Assembly: GCA_963699545.1 (NCBI GenBank)
Contig: CAVOUE010000003.1
Coordinates: 448,001-512,000, forward strand
Source of the DNA: Nitrospirota bacterium
Lineage (GTDB): Bacteria; Nitrospirota; Thermodesulfovibrionia; Thermodesulfovibrionales; UBA9159
Length of the DNA stretch: 64,000 nucleotides
Direction of reading: 5' to 3'
Shown here: positions 20,614 to 30,834 of the stretch, piece by piece
Layout of the letters: every line of letters begins with the position of its first letter
Numbering within the stretch: position 1 is the stretch's first letter
Position numbers and translations under genes: made by a program
The notes under the pieces: model-generated
Told to the model about the DNA's origin: nothing
Databases searched by the model: none
The model's input: the letters and a program-made list of their open reading frames with translations, nothing else

Positions 20614-21948
20614 TTACTCGACAGCAAAGAGCCGCCACTCGCCAGGGACACCTTTGAGGCTATGCACACCGCGATCTCCAAAGGAAATGCCGGAACCCAT
20701 TACCAGTTCCTTGACAGTGCCTGAGACCAACACCTCTCCAGGACCGGCTTTCGCCACGAGCCGAGCACCGATATGTACGGCGATGCCGCTGACCTCTTCG
20801 CCGACTAACTCACATTCACCTGTGTGTAACCCCGCCCGAATTTCAATTCCTATAAGGCGAACAGCCTCACGAATAGCCAGCGCACAACGGATAGCGCGTG
20901 CTGCACCCTCAAAGGTGGCAAAAAAGCCATCACCAGTTGTATTGACTTCGCGCCCACGGAAGCGCTGGAGTTCCTTTCGCACAGCCTCATGGTGGCGGGC
21001 AAGAAGATCATGCCACTTGCGGTCGCCAAGTGCAGCAGCCTGCTCGGTTGAGCCGACTATATCTGTGAAGAGAACCGTTGCGAGGACACGGTCTGCTTCA
21101 ACGCTCTCTCGGCTCCCAGTCAAAAATTCCTCGATGTGCCCTATCGCGTCATCAGCATTCTCAAAAAATAAGTGGCTGTCACTACCCGACAGCTCGATGA
21201 ACTTAGCATTTGGAATATGTTCCGCCAGGTAGCGTCCATGTCTGATATTGACAAAGGAGTAATCACTGCGATGCAGAACAAGGGTTGGGACGCGGATTGA
21301 GCTAAGGATAGATCGCGAATCTGATGTAAAGAGGTAGCGAAAATAAGCGGCTGCCTCACGGGGTGTGGCAGCCGCCCGCATGTATTTTGCTACCAGCCGC
21401 AAAATGTTTTCATCCTTTTTCATGCTCGGGAGAACTATCGCGGCCAACTGCTCAGTTCCCCACCCCTGTTCGACCATCTGGATGAAAGCTGCAACCTTCT
21501 CTGGAGGATCACCACAGGGGTAGTCATCGCTCACGGTGCGCCTGGCATAGGTATTGGCAAGTATCAATGCAGATGTACGCTCCGGTTCAGTAGCGGCGAA
21601 GAGCATTCCCATCATTCCTGCATCACGCTCGGCAAGGATTGCAGCACGCTCAGACCCGACAGCATCAAGTACAGCCCTCAAGTCATCGGTCCATGCTTCC
21701 CATGTGGGCAAAGCGTCAATTGTTATCGGGTCCGACAACCCGAAACCGCGGCGATCAAAAAGAATGACCCTGCTGAAAGATGACAAACGTTCAAAGCAAC
21801 GAACGACCTGCGGAAACTCCCACCCAATATCGAGCTGGGTCGAAAAACCGGCACAGTAGACAAGGTCATGCGGCCCGTTGCCCAGCACTTGATAGGCAAT
21901 GTTACCATCCCGGCTTTTTACATACTGTGTCTTTGGCGGGGCTATCAT
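20614..21948 (-). CDS. Class III adenylate/guanylate cyclase with N-terminal alpha/beta hydrolase domain (LipJ-like)
   Basis: LFDRRGFGLSD; TVLFTDIVGST, GDGFFATF, IRAGLHTGECE, LKGVPGEW. Confidence 0.93.
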   Translation of the reverse strand: MIAPPKTQYVKSRDGNIAYQVLGNGPHDLVYCAGFSTQLDIGWEFPQVVRCFERLSSFSRVILFDRRGFGLSDPITIDALPTWEAWTDDLRAVLDAVGSERAAILAERDAGMMGMLFAATEPERTSALILANTYARRTVSDDYPCGDPPEKVAAFIQMVEQGWGTEQLAAIVLPSMKKDENILRLVAKYMRAAATPREAAAYFRYLFTSDSRSILSSIRVPTLVLHRSDYSFVNIRHGRYLAEHIPNAKFIELSGSDSHLFFENADDAIGHIEEFLTGSRESVEADRVLATVLFTDIVGSTEQAAALGDRKWHDLLARHHEAVRKELQRFRGREVNTTGDGFFATFEGAARAIRCALAIREAVRLIGIEIRAGLHTGECELVGEEVSGIAVHIGARLVAKAGPGEVLVSGTVKELVMGSGISFGDRGVHSLKGVPGEWRLFAVE

Positions 21949-22168
21949 TTCGTAGGAACCTTCTCCTATTTCTCAGCGCGGCACTTACATTTAATATACG
22001 ATCGTATTCCCCGGTAATTTATAACACTCTAACACAAAGCAAAACGACAAGAAAGATAAAAAACACAATAAACTCAGCAGGCTAAATTCTTTGGCATTTG
22101 CCTTTTGTGATAATAGGGACTCAAGGCGAAGTTCGTATATCATGGTAATTTGTCCTTGCTGATTTCGG

Positions 22169-22366
22169 CTATCGCCTCTTGCTGAAAACATCGATCGCAA
22201 GGGGGATTGTGCTGACCGCTCCGACCAGAAACAGCGTCCATCCCACTGCCCTTCGCTGATCCTCATCCAATCTATCCGCGAGTAACAGCGCTGCTCCTGC
22301 TCCGAGCATCCCCCGGGTGCTCGCTACAAGCGCCAGTTCCGGCAAACTTACTTCCACTCTTTTCAT
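22169..22366 (-). CDS. Small hypothetical membrane protein
   Basis: 65 aa, two hydrophobic segments, SD AAGGAGG. Confidence 0.75.
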   Translation of the reverse strand: MKRVEVSLPELALVASTRGMLGAGAALLLADRLDEDQRRAVGWTLFLVGAVSTIPLAIDVFSKRR

Positions 22367-22443
22367 ATTGCCTCCTTCACGACAATCTTATCAAACGCTA
22401 TCGACCTGAGCAAACCGCACTGCCACACAAGACAGGCTCGGCT

Positions 22444-23739
22444 TTACATTTTCCTCAGTACCACCACCGCATTCACCCCGCCGAACCCAAAGGAATCTGA
22501 GATGGCGGTCTTTATGTCGGCCTTCTTCTTCCCGGTGGTGATGACATTGATATCGCACTCGGGATCCTTTTCATGAAGATTGATGGTGGGCGGGATCACG
22601 CCTTCTTTCATCGACATAAGTGTGGCTGCGATCTCCAGCGCCCCCGATGCAGCGAGCATGTGGCCGGTCATGGATTTTAGAGCGCTGGCAGGGATTCTTG
22701 AGGCCCTTTTCCCAAAGGCTTTTTGTATCGCCTGGGCTTCAGCCTGATCTCCGAGGGTGGTGCCCGTTCCGTGGGTGTTGATGTAATCGACGTCGTCAGG
22801 CGTCACAGCCGCCTCTTTCATCGCGACGCTCATAGCGGCTGATTCACCCCTTGGATGAGGCTTTGTCATGTGAAATGCGTCGGAGGTATTTCCATATCCG
22901 ATGATTTCGCCGTATATTTTTGCGCCTCTTTTCCTGGCATGCTCGTATTCCTCAAGCACCAGCATGCACGCGCCTTCCGAAAGCACAAACCCGTCCCGCT
23001 CTTTATCAAAAGGCCTTGGCATATCGGACACACCCTCTGATGGTTTAGTGCGGGTTGACAATGCGCCTGCCGTCCCGTACCCTTCTATGCACAGTCTGCA
23101 CAAGGGCGCCTCGGTCCCTCCGGCAATTATCAACTGCACGTGGCCGGACTTGATGAGCCTGAACGCTTCTCCGATCGCATTTGTCCCGGAGGCGCATGCG
23201 TTGGAAAGGCCGAGACAATGTCCCCTGACACCCAGCTTCTGCGCAACATAGGAGGCGGCCATACTGATGGTGGTTGCCGGCATAAGGTAGGGAGAGACTC
23301 TCAAACGCTCATTGCTGATCGCTGATCGCTGATTTGTGGCTTCAGAATCAGCCCGGAGCAGTGTTTTCTCTATCGTGCTGATGCCACCGCGGCTGGAACC
23401 GATGATCACACCGCCAGAACCGCGCAATGGGTCAAGGGCAATGCGTGAAGAGATCAGCCCTGCATCCTCTGCCGCCATCACTGCGGCAGAAACGGCGTAA
23501 TGCACGAACGGGTCAAGTCTCCTTATCTCCTTCGGGGAAAGGTACGCCCCTGCATCGAAACCCTTCAACTCGCCAGCGACGCTCCACGGCAGGAGAGATG
23601 TGTCAAACCGTGTTATCCGTTCTATGCCGGATACTCCCTTGTTGGCAGCTTCCCACGCAGAGCTGAACGAATTGCCCAGCGGAGTGACTGCGCCTATGCC
23701 TGTAACCGCTACTCTCTTCACCTCAGCGTATGATACCAT
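22444..23739 (-). CDS. fabF: Beta-ketoacyl-ACP synthase II (start uncertain)
   Basis: RVAVTGIG, NACASG, DAFHMT, NTHGTGT, KSMTGH, SFGFGG. Confidence 0.93.
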   Translation of the reverse strand: MVSYAEVKRVAVTGIGAVTPLGNSFSSAWEAANKGVSGIERITRFDTSLLPWSVAGELKGFDAGAYLSPKEIRRLDPFVHYAVSAAVMAAEDAGLISSRIALDPLRGSGGVIIGSSRGGISTIEKTLLRADSEATNQRSAISNERLRVSPYLMPATTISMAASYVAQKLGVRGHCLGLSNACASGTNAIGEAFRLIKSGHVQLIIAGGTEAPLCRLCIEGYGTAGALSTRTKPSEGVSDMPRPFDKERDGFVLSEGACMLVLEEYEHARKRGAKIYGEIIGYGNTSDAFHMTKPHPRGESAAMSVAMKEAAVTPDDVDYINTHGTGTTLGDQAEAQAIQKAFGKRASRIPASALKSMTGHMLAASGALEIAATLMSMKEGVIPPTINLHEKDPECDINVITTGKKKADIKTAISDSFGFGGVNAVVVLRKM

Positions 23740-23835
23740 AAGCCCGGACACGGACATTGATGAGACGGGCGAAAATCATATTCCTTTTCCTCTGTCTTTG
23801 TGCTATATTTTTTATGAATCATCCGGATATGCAAA

Positions 23836-24498
23836 TTGCTGGGAGAAATACTAAAGAATAAGCGTGAAGAGTCACGGCTTGACCTCCGGGAGATCGCCCA
23901 TGCTCTGAGGTTTCAATACGACTATCTCAAGGCATTGGAGGATGAGGACCTCAACAAGCTCCCTCCCGATGTGTACGCAAAGGCCTATATAAGGGGCTAT
24001 GCGAAATTCCTCAATATCGACCCTCTCCCCCTTCTTGACGACTTCGCTGAGCTGGGAAGAAAGAGTTCCGGGGAAGTGCAGGTCGAGGCGCCTCAGCCGG
24101 CCCAACCAAGAAAGAATCCCCCGTTGCCGAAAATAGCACTGGTCGCCTCAGTGATTATGGTTATCGCCCTGATCCTCGTTATTTTCATGTATGCGAACAG
24201 GCCTGCGGCCCCCGTCCATTCAACGGTGTCCGTCCCTAGTGAGGCTGTGCCTTCGAAAGGACCGCAGCAGCACGTCCTCGATGTTACCGCCACAGAGACC
24301 ACATGGCTCCTCGTTGAGACGCGGGAAGGGATATCGGAAGAGGTGCTCCTCAGGCCCGGGGAAACGAGGAAATGGACGTCAGAGAGCGGCTTTGATCTCA
24401 AGGTGGGAAATGCGGGGGGGATCAGGCTCGTATTCGATAACAACGAGATCGGGACCCCGGGGGAGAAGGGACGCGTGGTAAGGCTCCACCTCCCCTGA
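23836..24498 (+). CDS. rodZ: RodZ-like protein (HTH, TM helix, DUF4115-like domain)
   Basis: LKALE...LP..VY..AYIRGYAKFL, TM helix, VGNAGG. Confidence 0.85.
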   Translation: MLGEILKNKREESRLDLREIAHALRFQYDYLKALEDEDLNKLPPDVYAKAYIRGYAKFLNIDPLPLLDDFAELGRKSSGEVQVEAPQPAQPRKNPPLPKIALVASVIMVIALILVIFMYANRPAAPVHSTVSVPSEAVPSKGPQQHVLDVTATETTWLLVETREGISEEVLLRPGETRKWTSESGFDLKVGNAGGIRLVFDNNEIGTPGEKGRVVRLHLP

Positions 24499-24561
24499 TA
24501 TCCGACCAAACGGGTTTCCCGGCAGATAGCGGGAAACTATTGGGCGGGGGTATAATAGGGC

Positions 24562-25326
24562 ATGAAATCAGCCTTGACCATTGCGGGTTCTGACCCCACG
24601 GGTGGAGCAGGGTTTCAGGCAGACCTGAAAGTATTCAGGGCCTTTGGAGTCCACGGCTTGTCCATCCCCGCTGCCCTCACCGCACAGAACACTTCCGGCA
24701 TAGGAAGGATCTTCCCTGTGGAGAGGGAATTCTTCCGCGTTCAGATGGATGAGCTTTTGGGGGACATAAGACCCGATGCCCTGAAAACAGGTATGCTTTA
24801 CAGCGTCTGGGCGGTAGAGGTGGTTGCTGCTATGATGAGGGAGTATTCCCCTGCAAACCTCGTCGTTGACCCGGTTACCGTATCGTCCTCGGGAACAGGC
24901 CTGGTTGTTGACGGCACCCTCGACATGATACGGGATACGCTTTTCCCTCTGGCAAGGGTGATCACCCCGAACATCTACGAGGCTTCTATTTTCACGGGGC
25001 TGAACATAGAGGACGAAAAGGATATGAGAGAAGCTGCCCTGAGGCTGAAAGAGATGGGTCCGGAAGTGGTAGTGATCACGGGCGGCCATCTCGAAAGAGT
25101 CACCCTGGATCTTTATTACGACGGGAATGTCTTTCACGATCTGGAAGCACCCAAGCTTACGGGAGAATATCACGGAACCGGCTGTGCCTTCTCCGCAGCC
25201 ATTACCGCGTGCCTTGCGTCCGGTCATGCTCCCCTTGAATCCGTCAGACAGGCGAAGGAGTTTGTGACCGGGGCGATACGAAAGGCCTATCACCTCGGCA
25301 GAGGAATGGGGCTGCTTTATCTGTAG
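24562..25326 (+). CDS. thiD: Hydroxymethylpyrimidine/phosphomethylpyrimidine kinase
   Basis: LTIAGSDPTGGAG.QADLK, KTGML, ITPN..EA, HGTGC. Confidence 0.96.
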   Translation: MKSALTIAGSDPTGGAGFQADLKVFRAFGVHGLSIPAALTAQNTSGIGRIFPVEREFFRVQMDELLGDIRPDALKTGMLYSVWAVEVVAAMMREYSPANLVVDPVTVSSSGTGLVVDGTLDMIRDTLFPLARVITPNIYEASIFTGLNIEDEKDMREAALRLKEMGPEVVVITGGHLERVTLDLYYDGNVFHDLEAPKLTGEYHGTGCAFSAAITACLASGHAPLESVRQAKEFVTGAIRKAYHLGRGMGLLYL

Positions 25327-25359
25327 AATTGGCTCCGGAGTCGGCCCAGAACGAAGATA

Positions 25360-26721
25360 ATGTCTAAACAGAAGACCTTCTATCAATGTCAGGCCTGCGG
25401 ATATGCCAGCCCGAAGTGGCTTGGGAAATGTCCGGACTGTGGCGCATGGAATACTCTGGTGGAAGAAAGATCCATCCCTGATACACGCCGGCACGGTCAC
25501 CAGTCCTTTGAAAAGGCCCAGCCCCAGGCGCTCAGTGCCATAACCGGAGGAAAAGGGAAAAGGATATCGACCGGGATTAATGAACTTGACAGGGTTCTCG
25601 GGGGCGGTGTTGTGGAAGGCTCCGTGGTTCTCGTGGGTGGCGACCCCGGGATCGGCAAGTCGACTCTCCTTATTCAGGCGGCATCGAAGCTTGCATTGAA
25701 GTGCGGCAAAGTGCTCTATGTGTCGGGTGAAGAATCGCCCGATCAGATCAAGCTCAGGGCCGAAAGGCTCGGGATCAATTCCGACAGCATCCTCCTCCTT
25801 TCCGAGACGCACCTTGAGGGGATTATCGGCACAGCGGCAGACATGTCGCCGGGTACTATCATTATCGATTCCATTCAGACCATGTACACAGAAGAGCTTA
25901 CCTCTGCCCCCGGTTCGGTAGGCCAGGTGAGGGAGTGCGCGGCCAAGCTGATGTATTTCGCCAAGAGGTCCGACATACCGCTCTTTATCATAGGGCATGT
26001 GACAAAGGAAGGTGCTATCGCAGGACCACGCGTTCTCGAACATATTGTCGATACCGTTCTCTATTTTGAAGGCGACAGAGGTCATGCGTACCGGATATTG
26101 CGTACGGTCAAGAACAGGTTCGGTTCCACCAATGAGATAGGGGTCTTCGAGATGACCGATGCCGGTCTGACGGCAATAGAAAACCCTTCGGAACTGTTCC
26201 TCTCCGAAAGACCCCAAAATGTCTCGGGGTCCACTGTGGTGGCGAGCATGGAGGGTACGAGACCCCTTCTGATCGAACTCCAGGCCCTTGTTTCCCCAAC
26301 TACCTTTGGTATGCCGAGGAGGACATGCATCGGAGTCGATTTCAACAGGGTAAATCTTCTTGTGGCAGTGCTGGAGAAGATCGCCGGCCTGCATCTCGGA
26401 GGCATGGATATATTCGTGAATGTGGTGGGCGGGATAAAGATTGTGGAGCCTGCGGTTGACATGGGGATTGTCGCGGCCATCGCATCATCTCTCAGGGAGG
26501 TCCCGATCCATTCCAAAACGGTGCTCTTTGGCGAGGTCGGCCTTTCAGGGGAGATACGGGCGGTGAACCAGGTTGAGGCACGGATAAAAGAGGCTGCGAA
26601 GATAGGGTTTGAGAGGGCAATCCTGCCGAGAACAAACGGGGCGCGTTTAAAGGACAACACCGGACTGGAGATCATCGGGGTGAATAACGTTGAGGACTTT
26701 CTTGAAGTTATCCTTGTGTAG
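25360..26721 (+). CDS. radA: DNA repair protein RadA/Sms
   Basis: C4 zinc finger, GDPGIGKST, KNRFG, GEVGLSGE. Confidence 0.98.
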   Translation: MSKQKTFYQCQACGYASPKWLGKCPDCGAWNTLVEERSIPDTRRHGHQSFEKAQPQALSAITGGKGKRISTGINELDRVLGGGVVEGSVVLVGGDPGIGKSTLLIQAASKLALKCGKVLYVSGEESPDQIKLRAERLGINSDSILLLSETHLEGIIGTAADMSPGTIIIDSIQTMYTEELTSAPGSVGQVRECAAKLMYFAKRSDIPLFIIGHVTKEGAIAGPRVLEHIVDTVLYFEGDRGHAYRILRTVKNRFGSTNEIGVFEMTDAGLTAIENPSELFLSERPQNVSGSTVVASMEGTRPLLIELQALVSPTTFGMPRRTCIGVDFNRVNLLVAVLEKIAGLHLGGMDIFVNVVGGIKIVEPAVDMGIVAAIASSLREVPIHSKTVLFGEVGLSGEIRAVNQVEARIKEAAKIGFERAILPRTNGARLKDNTGLEIIGVNNVEDFLEVILV

Positions 26722-27364
26722 GGGCAAGGCACACGGGACAGAGAGAGCTTTTTCCCCCCTGGGCTGCATATTCCTGATTCTCTTCGTCCTTCTCCCCTCA
26801 TGCGCTACAAAAAGAGTCGAAATTCCCACTTACGAAGGGGTCGATGTGCGCTCCGTACTGTCCGGCAGAGAAACCGTAAAAGCCATTGATTCACATTTCT
26901 CCATCGAAGTTGAAAAGGACGGCAGCGCGATGAGGGGCGATGCCGTGCTTAAGGTCACCCACGAAACTCTCGACCTCCAGGTCTATTCCCTTGGGTTTCT
27001 TGTGGCGGAGGTCATATCAAATGACGCGGGAACAAGGAGTGACCCTCCTCTTGACAGGAGCAGGCTCCTGATGCTTGTGGACGGTATCAGGAACAGTTTT
27101 TTCTGGTGGTCCATAAAGAACCCGGAGATAACAGAAGACGATGGGGCCTTCCGCGTGGGAAACTCATGGAGGAGACTTCTCCTCAACAGAAAGACGTTGA
27201 TGCCCGAGAAACAGATAATAGAACTGGAGGACGGGCGCCAGCTAACCGTCGTTTACGACGAACCCGCGTTGATGGAGGGTGGATGGTTTCCTTCGAAGAT
27301 GCGGATTGAACTTGCGAATCGGTCGGTAACCATAAAGATCAAATCCCTTTCATTCAGGGAGTAG
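26714..27364 (+). CDS. Lipoprotein, LolA/LolB-like fold (start uncertain)
   Basis: Hydrophobic signal ending LPSC lipobox; beta-rich, FPSKM.I near the C-terminus. Confidence 0.7.
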   Translation: MCRGKAHGTERAFSPLGCIFLILFVLLPSCATKRVEIPTYEGVDVRSVLSGRETVKAIDSHFSIEVEKDGSAMRGDAVLKVTHETLDLQVYSLGFLVAEVISNDAGTRSDPPLDRSRLLMLVDGIRNSFFWWSIKNPEITEDDGAFRVGNSWRRLLLNRKTLMPEKQIIELEDGRQLTVVYDEPALMEGGWFPSKMRIELANRSVTIKIKSLSFRE

Positions 27365-27378
27365 CTTGCAGGAGGAGA

Positions 27379-28209
27379 TCATCGTTTCGGTTCGCCGTTA
27401 AGTCCGAGGTCAATGGCCACCGCCTTGATCACCGACTCATCAATGCTCTTTGTTTTGAATAGGAAGCCTTCCAGAAGGGCGTTATCACAGATGGTATTGA
27501 TGAGCCTCGGCACGCCGGAAGAGTACCGGTAGACTTCGGCTATGGCACGATCCGTGAAGATGTCGTTCGTGCCCCCGGCGACCTTCATTCTGTGCCCGAT
27601 ATAGTCCTTCGTATCCTGGTCGGAAAAGGGTTTAATGGTGATCTTCATGGCCACCCTCTGCTTGAGAGGTTCGTCCAGGGAAAGAACATCTTCAAGGTCG
27701 GAAAGTCCGAAAAAGATAAGGTTTATCATCTTTCCCCCGGGCACTTCCATATTGAGCAGCCCCCTGAACTCCTCCATGATCTCCCGGGACTTCAGCATCT
27801 GGACTTCGTCCATAAGGAGGACGGCGGTCTTTCCGCTCTCGTTGATCTCCAGGAGTCTCCTGTATATCTGACTGAGCATTTCCACTTTGCTCTCATTCTT
27901 GATGTCATCAACCCCAAGCTGAATGGCGAATTTCCTGAGCAGCCATTCGGAACTTACCGAGGAGTGGATGATCACCAGCAAGGTCGCCTCATAACTGTTT
28001 TCGTCAAGCTCTTCCAGGAGCCTTCTCGCAAGGGTGGTCTTCCCTGCGCCGATATCCCCGATAACCACCGCGAGCCCTTTCTTGGTGTCGATGGCATACC
28101 TGAGCTTTATCAACGCATCCCTGACTTGCGGACTGTTGTAATAAAACTTATTGTCTACAACGTTGGTGAAAGGATGTTCCTTGAGGCCGTAATATTCGAG
28201 GTAATCCAT
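27379..28209 (-). CDS. ExeA/GspA-family AAA ATPase
   Basis: YLEYYGLKEHPF, GDIGAGKTT, MDEVQ, GVPRLINTICDNALL. Confidence 0.93.
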   Translation of the reverse strand: MDYLEYYGLKEHPFTNVVDNKFYYNSPQVRDALIKLRYAIDTKKGLAVVIGDIGAGKTTLARRLLEELDENSYEATLLVIIHSSVSSEWLLRKFAIQLGVDDIKNESKVEMLSQIYRRLLEINESGKTAVLLMDEVQMLKSREIMEEFRGLLNMEVPGGKMINLIFFGLSDLEDVLSLDEPLKQRVAMKITIKPFSDQDTKDYIGHRMKVAGGTNDIFTDRAIAEVYRYSSGVPRLINTICDNALLEGFLFKTKSIDESVIKAVAIDLGLNGEPKR

Positions 28210-28212
28210 GTC

Positions 28213-30519
28213 TTAAATGTATGAGACCCTGTCTTTCTTGTCCTTCTGCTTCGTCATCGTCTCTTCCTTTGACATGAGGGACTTGAGAGCGTTGAGCTTG
28301 TCCGCAACCTGTCGGAATTTCGAATCCCAGCCGAAGATCTCGCTGTAAATGTCATACGCCTCCTTAAGGTTGGCGTTCTTTTCATAGGCGGATGCAAGGT
28401 CAAAGTTTGCGCCCCAGTAAGCCTCGTCGCGGGTCTCGATATTATTCAGCGCACCCTTGAAAGAATCGATGGCAAGGGGGTAGAGCCCTTTTTCCATGTA
28501 ACAGATGCCGAGCATGCTCGTGGACCGTACAGCACACTTCGGGTCGTTTCTCGATGTCTGGAATTCTTTTATCGCATCGTCGATAAGACCCATTTCCTTA
28601 TATGCGATGCCGAGATTGTAATGTGTCTCCGAATCCTCTGCCTCAAGCTCCTTTTCGAGGCCCTTTTTGAATTCTTCAAATATATCAAGGACGTCGGTAT
28701 CAAACTGAGGCTCCACGATCTCTTCTACGGCATGCGCCTCCACTGTCTCCGCGGGTGCGAATTCCTGCACGTGTATCCCTTCGGCACCCGCAGCGGCGTG
28801 CTCTTCCCGTGTGCTTGCCGATTCAGGAAGCGCACCTTCCAGGGAAGATACCTTGTCCAGCAAATCCCCGTTGTCAGGAAAGAGTTTCAGCAGTTTGTGA
28901 TATATCCTTAATGCGTCGTCTTTCAGCCCTTGTCTGAGATAGAACTCTGCTTCGGCAATATCCTCTATATAGTCGTCACTGCTGAGCGATACCCCCTCTT
29001 CCGCTGCAGGGGCCTGGACGGGTTCTTTGCCTCCTGCGGAAAGCCTCTCCAGCACCCTGGGATCCTCGGGGTTTATCTGCGCGGCCTGTTTCAGCGCCGC
29101 CTCTTTCATTTCTGTATTCCCGTCCCTATCGTAGAGTTCAAAGAGGATGAGGCATTCCGTCACCGCCTGCTCCCCGTCATTGATCTCCAGGTACAAGGAT
29201 CTCAGCCTGGTGTGCACCGTGATGTTATCGGGTTCCTGCAATTTGAGATCTTCCAGGATTGACCGTGCCTCGTCAAACAAACCGTACTTGATGAAGATGT
29301 CAGCATCGGTAAGAAGGTCTTCCGTTGACTTTTCCTTTTCGACGGCAGAAGGTTCCATCCCTGTTGCCATTTCCTGCTCAGCAAGGATCCTCTTGATCTG
29401 TATGTCGTCCGGGTGTATCGTGAGCGCCTCCCGGTAATATTCGACCGCCTCTTCCTGCATCCCGCTGTCCATAAGCAGGTCCGCCACAAAGAGATTCTCT
29501 TCGAAGGCCGCCTCACTGTCGCCCTTCTGCCTGAACAAGGAGATGAGGAGTTTTCCTATCTCCACAGGATTGATATTCTTGAACTGTGCCGCAAGATTTA
29601 TGGCATCGTCCGTTCTGCCGTCGGTAATGAGGGAATCCACCACTGTTTCATACGACTCCCACGCCTTCTCCTTGTTCCCCATCGCGAGGTGAATATCGCC
29701 CGTCATCCTGACGACTTCGATGTCAGAGGGCTTCAATTCAGCGGCCTTCCCCACAGACGTGAGCGCATCGTCATATGCCGCAGCGTCCTTCTGGAGGGAG
29801 GCGCACCGCAGGATCAAATTCGCGTCATCCTTCTGCAGGGCCATCGCTTTCTTCATGCACTCGATGGCCTGCGGCAGAGCACCCCTCTTTTCATAGAGTT
29901 GACTCAGTCCCACCAGAGCGTTCTTGTTGTCAGGCTGGACCTCCAGGATCTTTGTGAAATAGGCCCGTGCCTGTTCGGTATCCCCCTTATCTGCGCAGAG
30001 GTTCGCAATATGGAGATATTCCCTCAAGGCATGGGAGGAGAACCCTTCTTTCAGGAAGAGCCCCGCAACCTTCTCTCGCAGGGGGATGTTGGAAGGGGCC
30101 AGCGCCAGGATCCGTTCATAGATGGCCAGGAATCTTTCTTTACTTGCTTGCTTTGCGAGAATATCAGCAACGGCGAGATAATACTTGATCGCATCGGTGA
30201 CGAGACCCTTTTCTTCGCTCAGTTCACCTAAGGCAGTATAAGCGCCTGCGTCAGCAGGATCGATATTGATAACTTTCTTGTAAAGAGCGAGGGCTTTGAG
30301 GGAGAATCCCCCCTCTCTGAAAAAGGTGGCGGCTTTATGGAAACAATCCACTGCGGGCTTCTTGTTGCCCTTCTTCAGATAAAGATCACCAATGGTGTTA
30401 TAAACATTGCCGTCGGGGGCTTCCTTGATGAGTTTCTCCCATTCAGCAATGGCCTTGTCGACCTGGCCTCGCGCGAGATACTTCTGCGCTTCCTTGACTA
30501 TTAAGCTTTTGTCGGGCAT
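28213..30519 (-). CDS. Large tetratricopeptide-repeat protein
   Basis: Many TPR units, acidic linker, DSETHYNLGIAYKEMGL. Confidence 0.92.
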   Translation of the reverse strand: MPDKSLIVKEAQKYLARGQVDKAIAEWEKLIKEAPDGNVYNTIGDLYLKKGNKKPAVDCFHKAATFFREGGFSLKALALYKKVINIDPADAGAYTALGELSEEKGLVTDAIKYYLAVADILAKQASKERFLAIYERILALAPSNIPLREKVAGLFLKEGFSSHALREYLHIANLCADKGDTEQARAYFTKILEVQPDNKNALVGLSQLYEKRGALPQAIECMKKAMALQKDDANLILRCASLQKDAAAYDDALTSVGKAAELKPSDIEVVRMTGDIHLAMGNKEKAWESYETVVDSLITDGRTDDAINLAAQFKNINPVEIGKLLISLFRQKGDSEAAFEENLFVADLLMDSGMQEEAVEYYREALTIHPDDIQIKRILAEQEMATGMEPSAVEKEKSTEDLLTDADIFIKYGLFDEARSILEDLKLQEPDNITVHTRLRSLYLEINDGEQAVTECLILFELYDRDGNTEMKEAALKQAAQINPEDPRVLERLSAGGKEPVQAPAAEEGVSLSSDDYIEDIAEAEFYLRQGLKDDALRIYHKLLKLFPDNGDLLDKVSSLEGALPESASTREEHAAAGAEGIHVQEFAPAETVEAHAVEEIVEPQFDTDVLDIFEEFKKGLEKELEAEDSETHYNLGIAYKEMGLIDDAIKEFQTSRNDPKCAVRSTSMLGICYMEKGLYPLAIDSFKGALNNIETRDEAYWGANFDLASAYEKNANLKEAYDIYSEIFGWDSKFRQVADKLNALKSLMSKEETMTKQKDKKDRVSYI

Positions 30520-30834
30520 TGACATTACTTTCAAAAGTATCATACTATGGCAAAAAGTGTCAATAAGTGAGCATTTTTCTTGCTTGTAGGCCAATCACTT
30601 TCCGGGCATTCTGTTCGACAGGGCTCCTTCTGAAAGTGCCCTGATCCTGACCAGGACTTCTCCGAAAAATAATAAGTATCCTCCTGCCCGTTGGTGAGAT
30701 ATGACAACTCTTCTGCCGGTGAAGCAAACAATTTCCGCTGGAGCAGAAGCCGTAATCTATATGGTGTATAATAGGACTCACAGCGGACGAGAAGCGCCGT
30801 GGTAACAGTAAGAGGAGGAAAAGAAGAGAAAAAC

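Noticed and set aside
24568-26394. 608-aa minus-strand ORF
   Set aside because: Antisense shadow of thiD-radA with no recognisable motifs. The same applies to other long shadow ORFs such as 45493-46677, 49083-50093 and 57316-58512.
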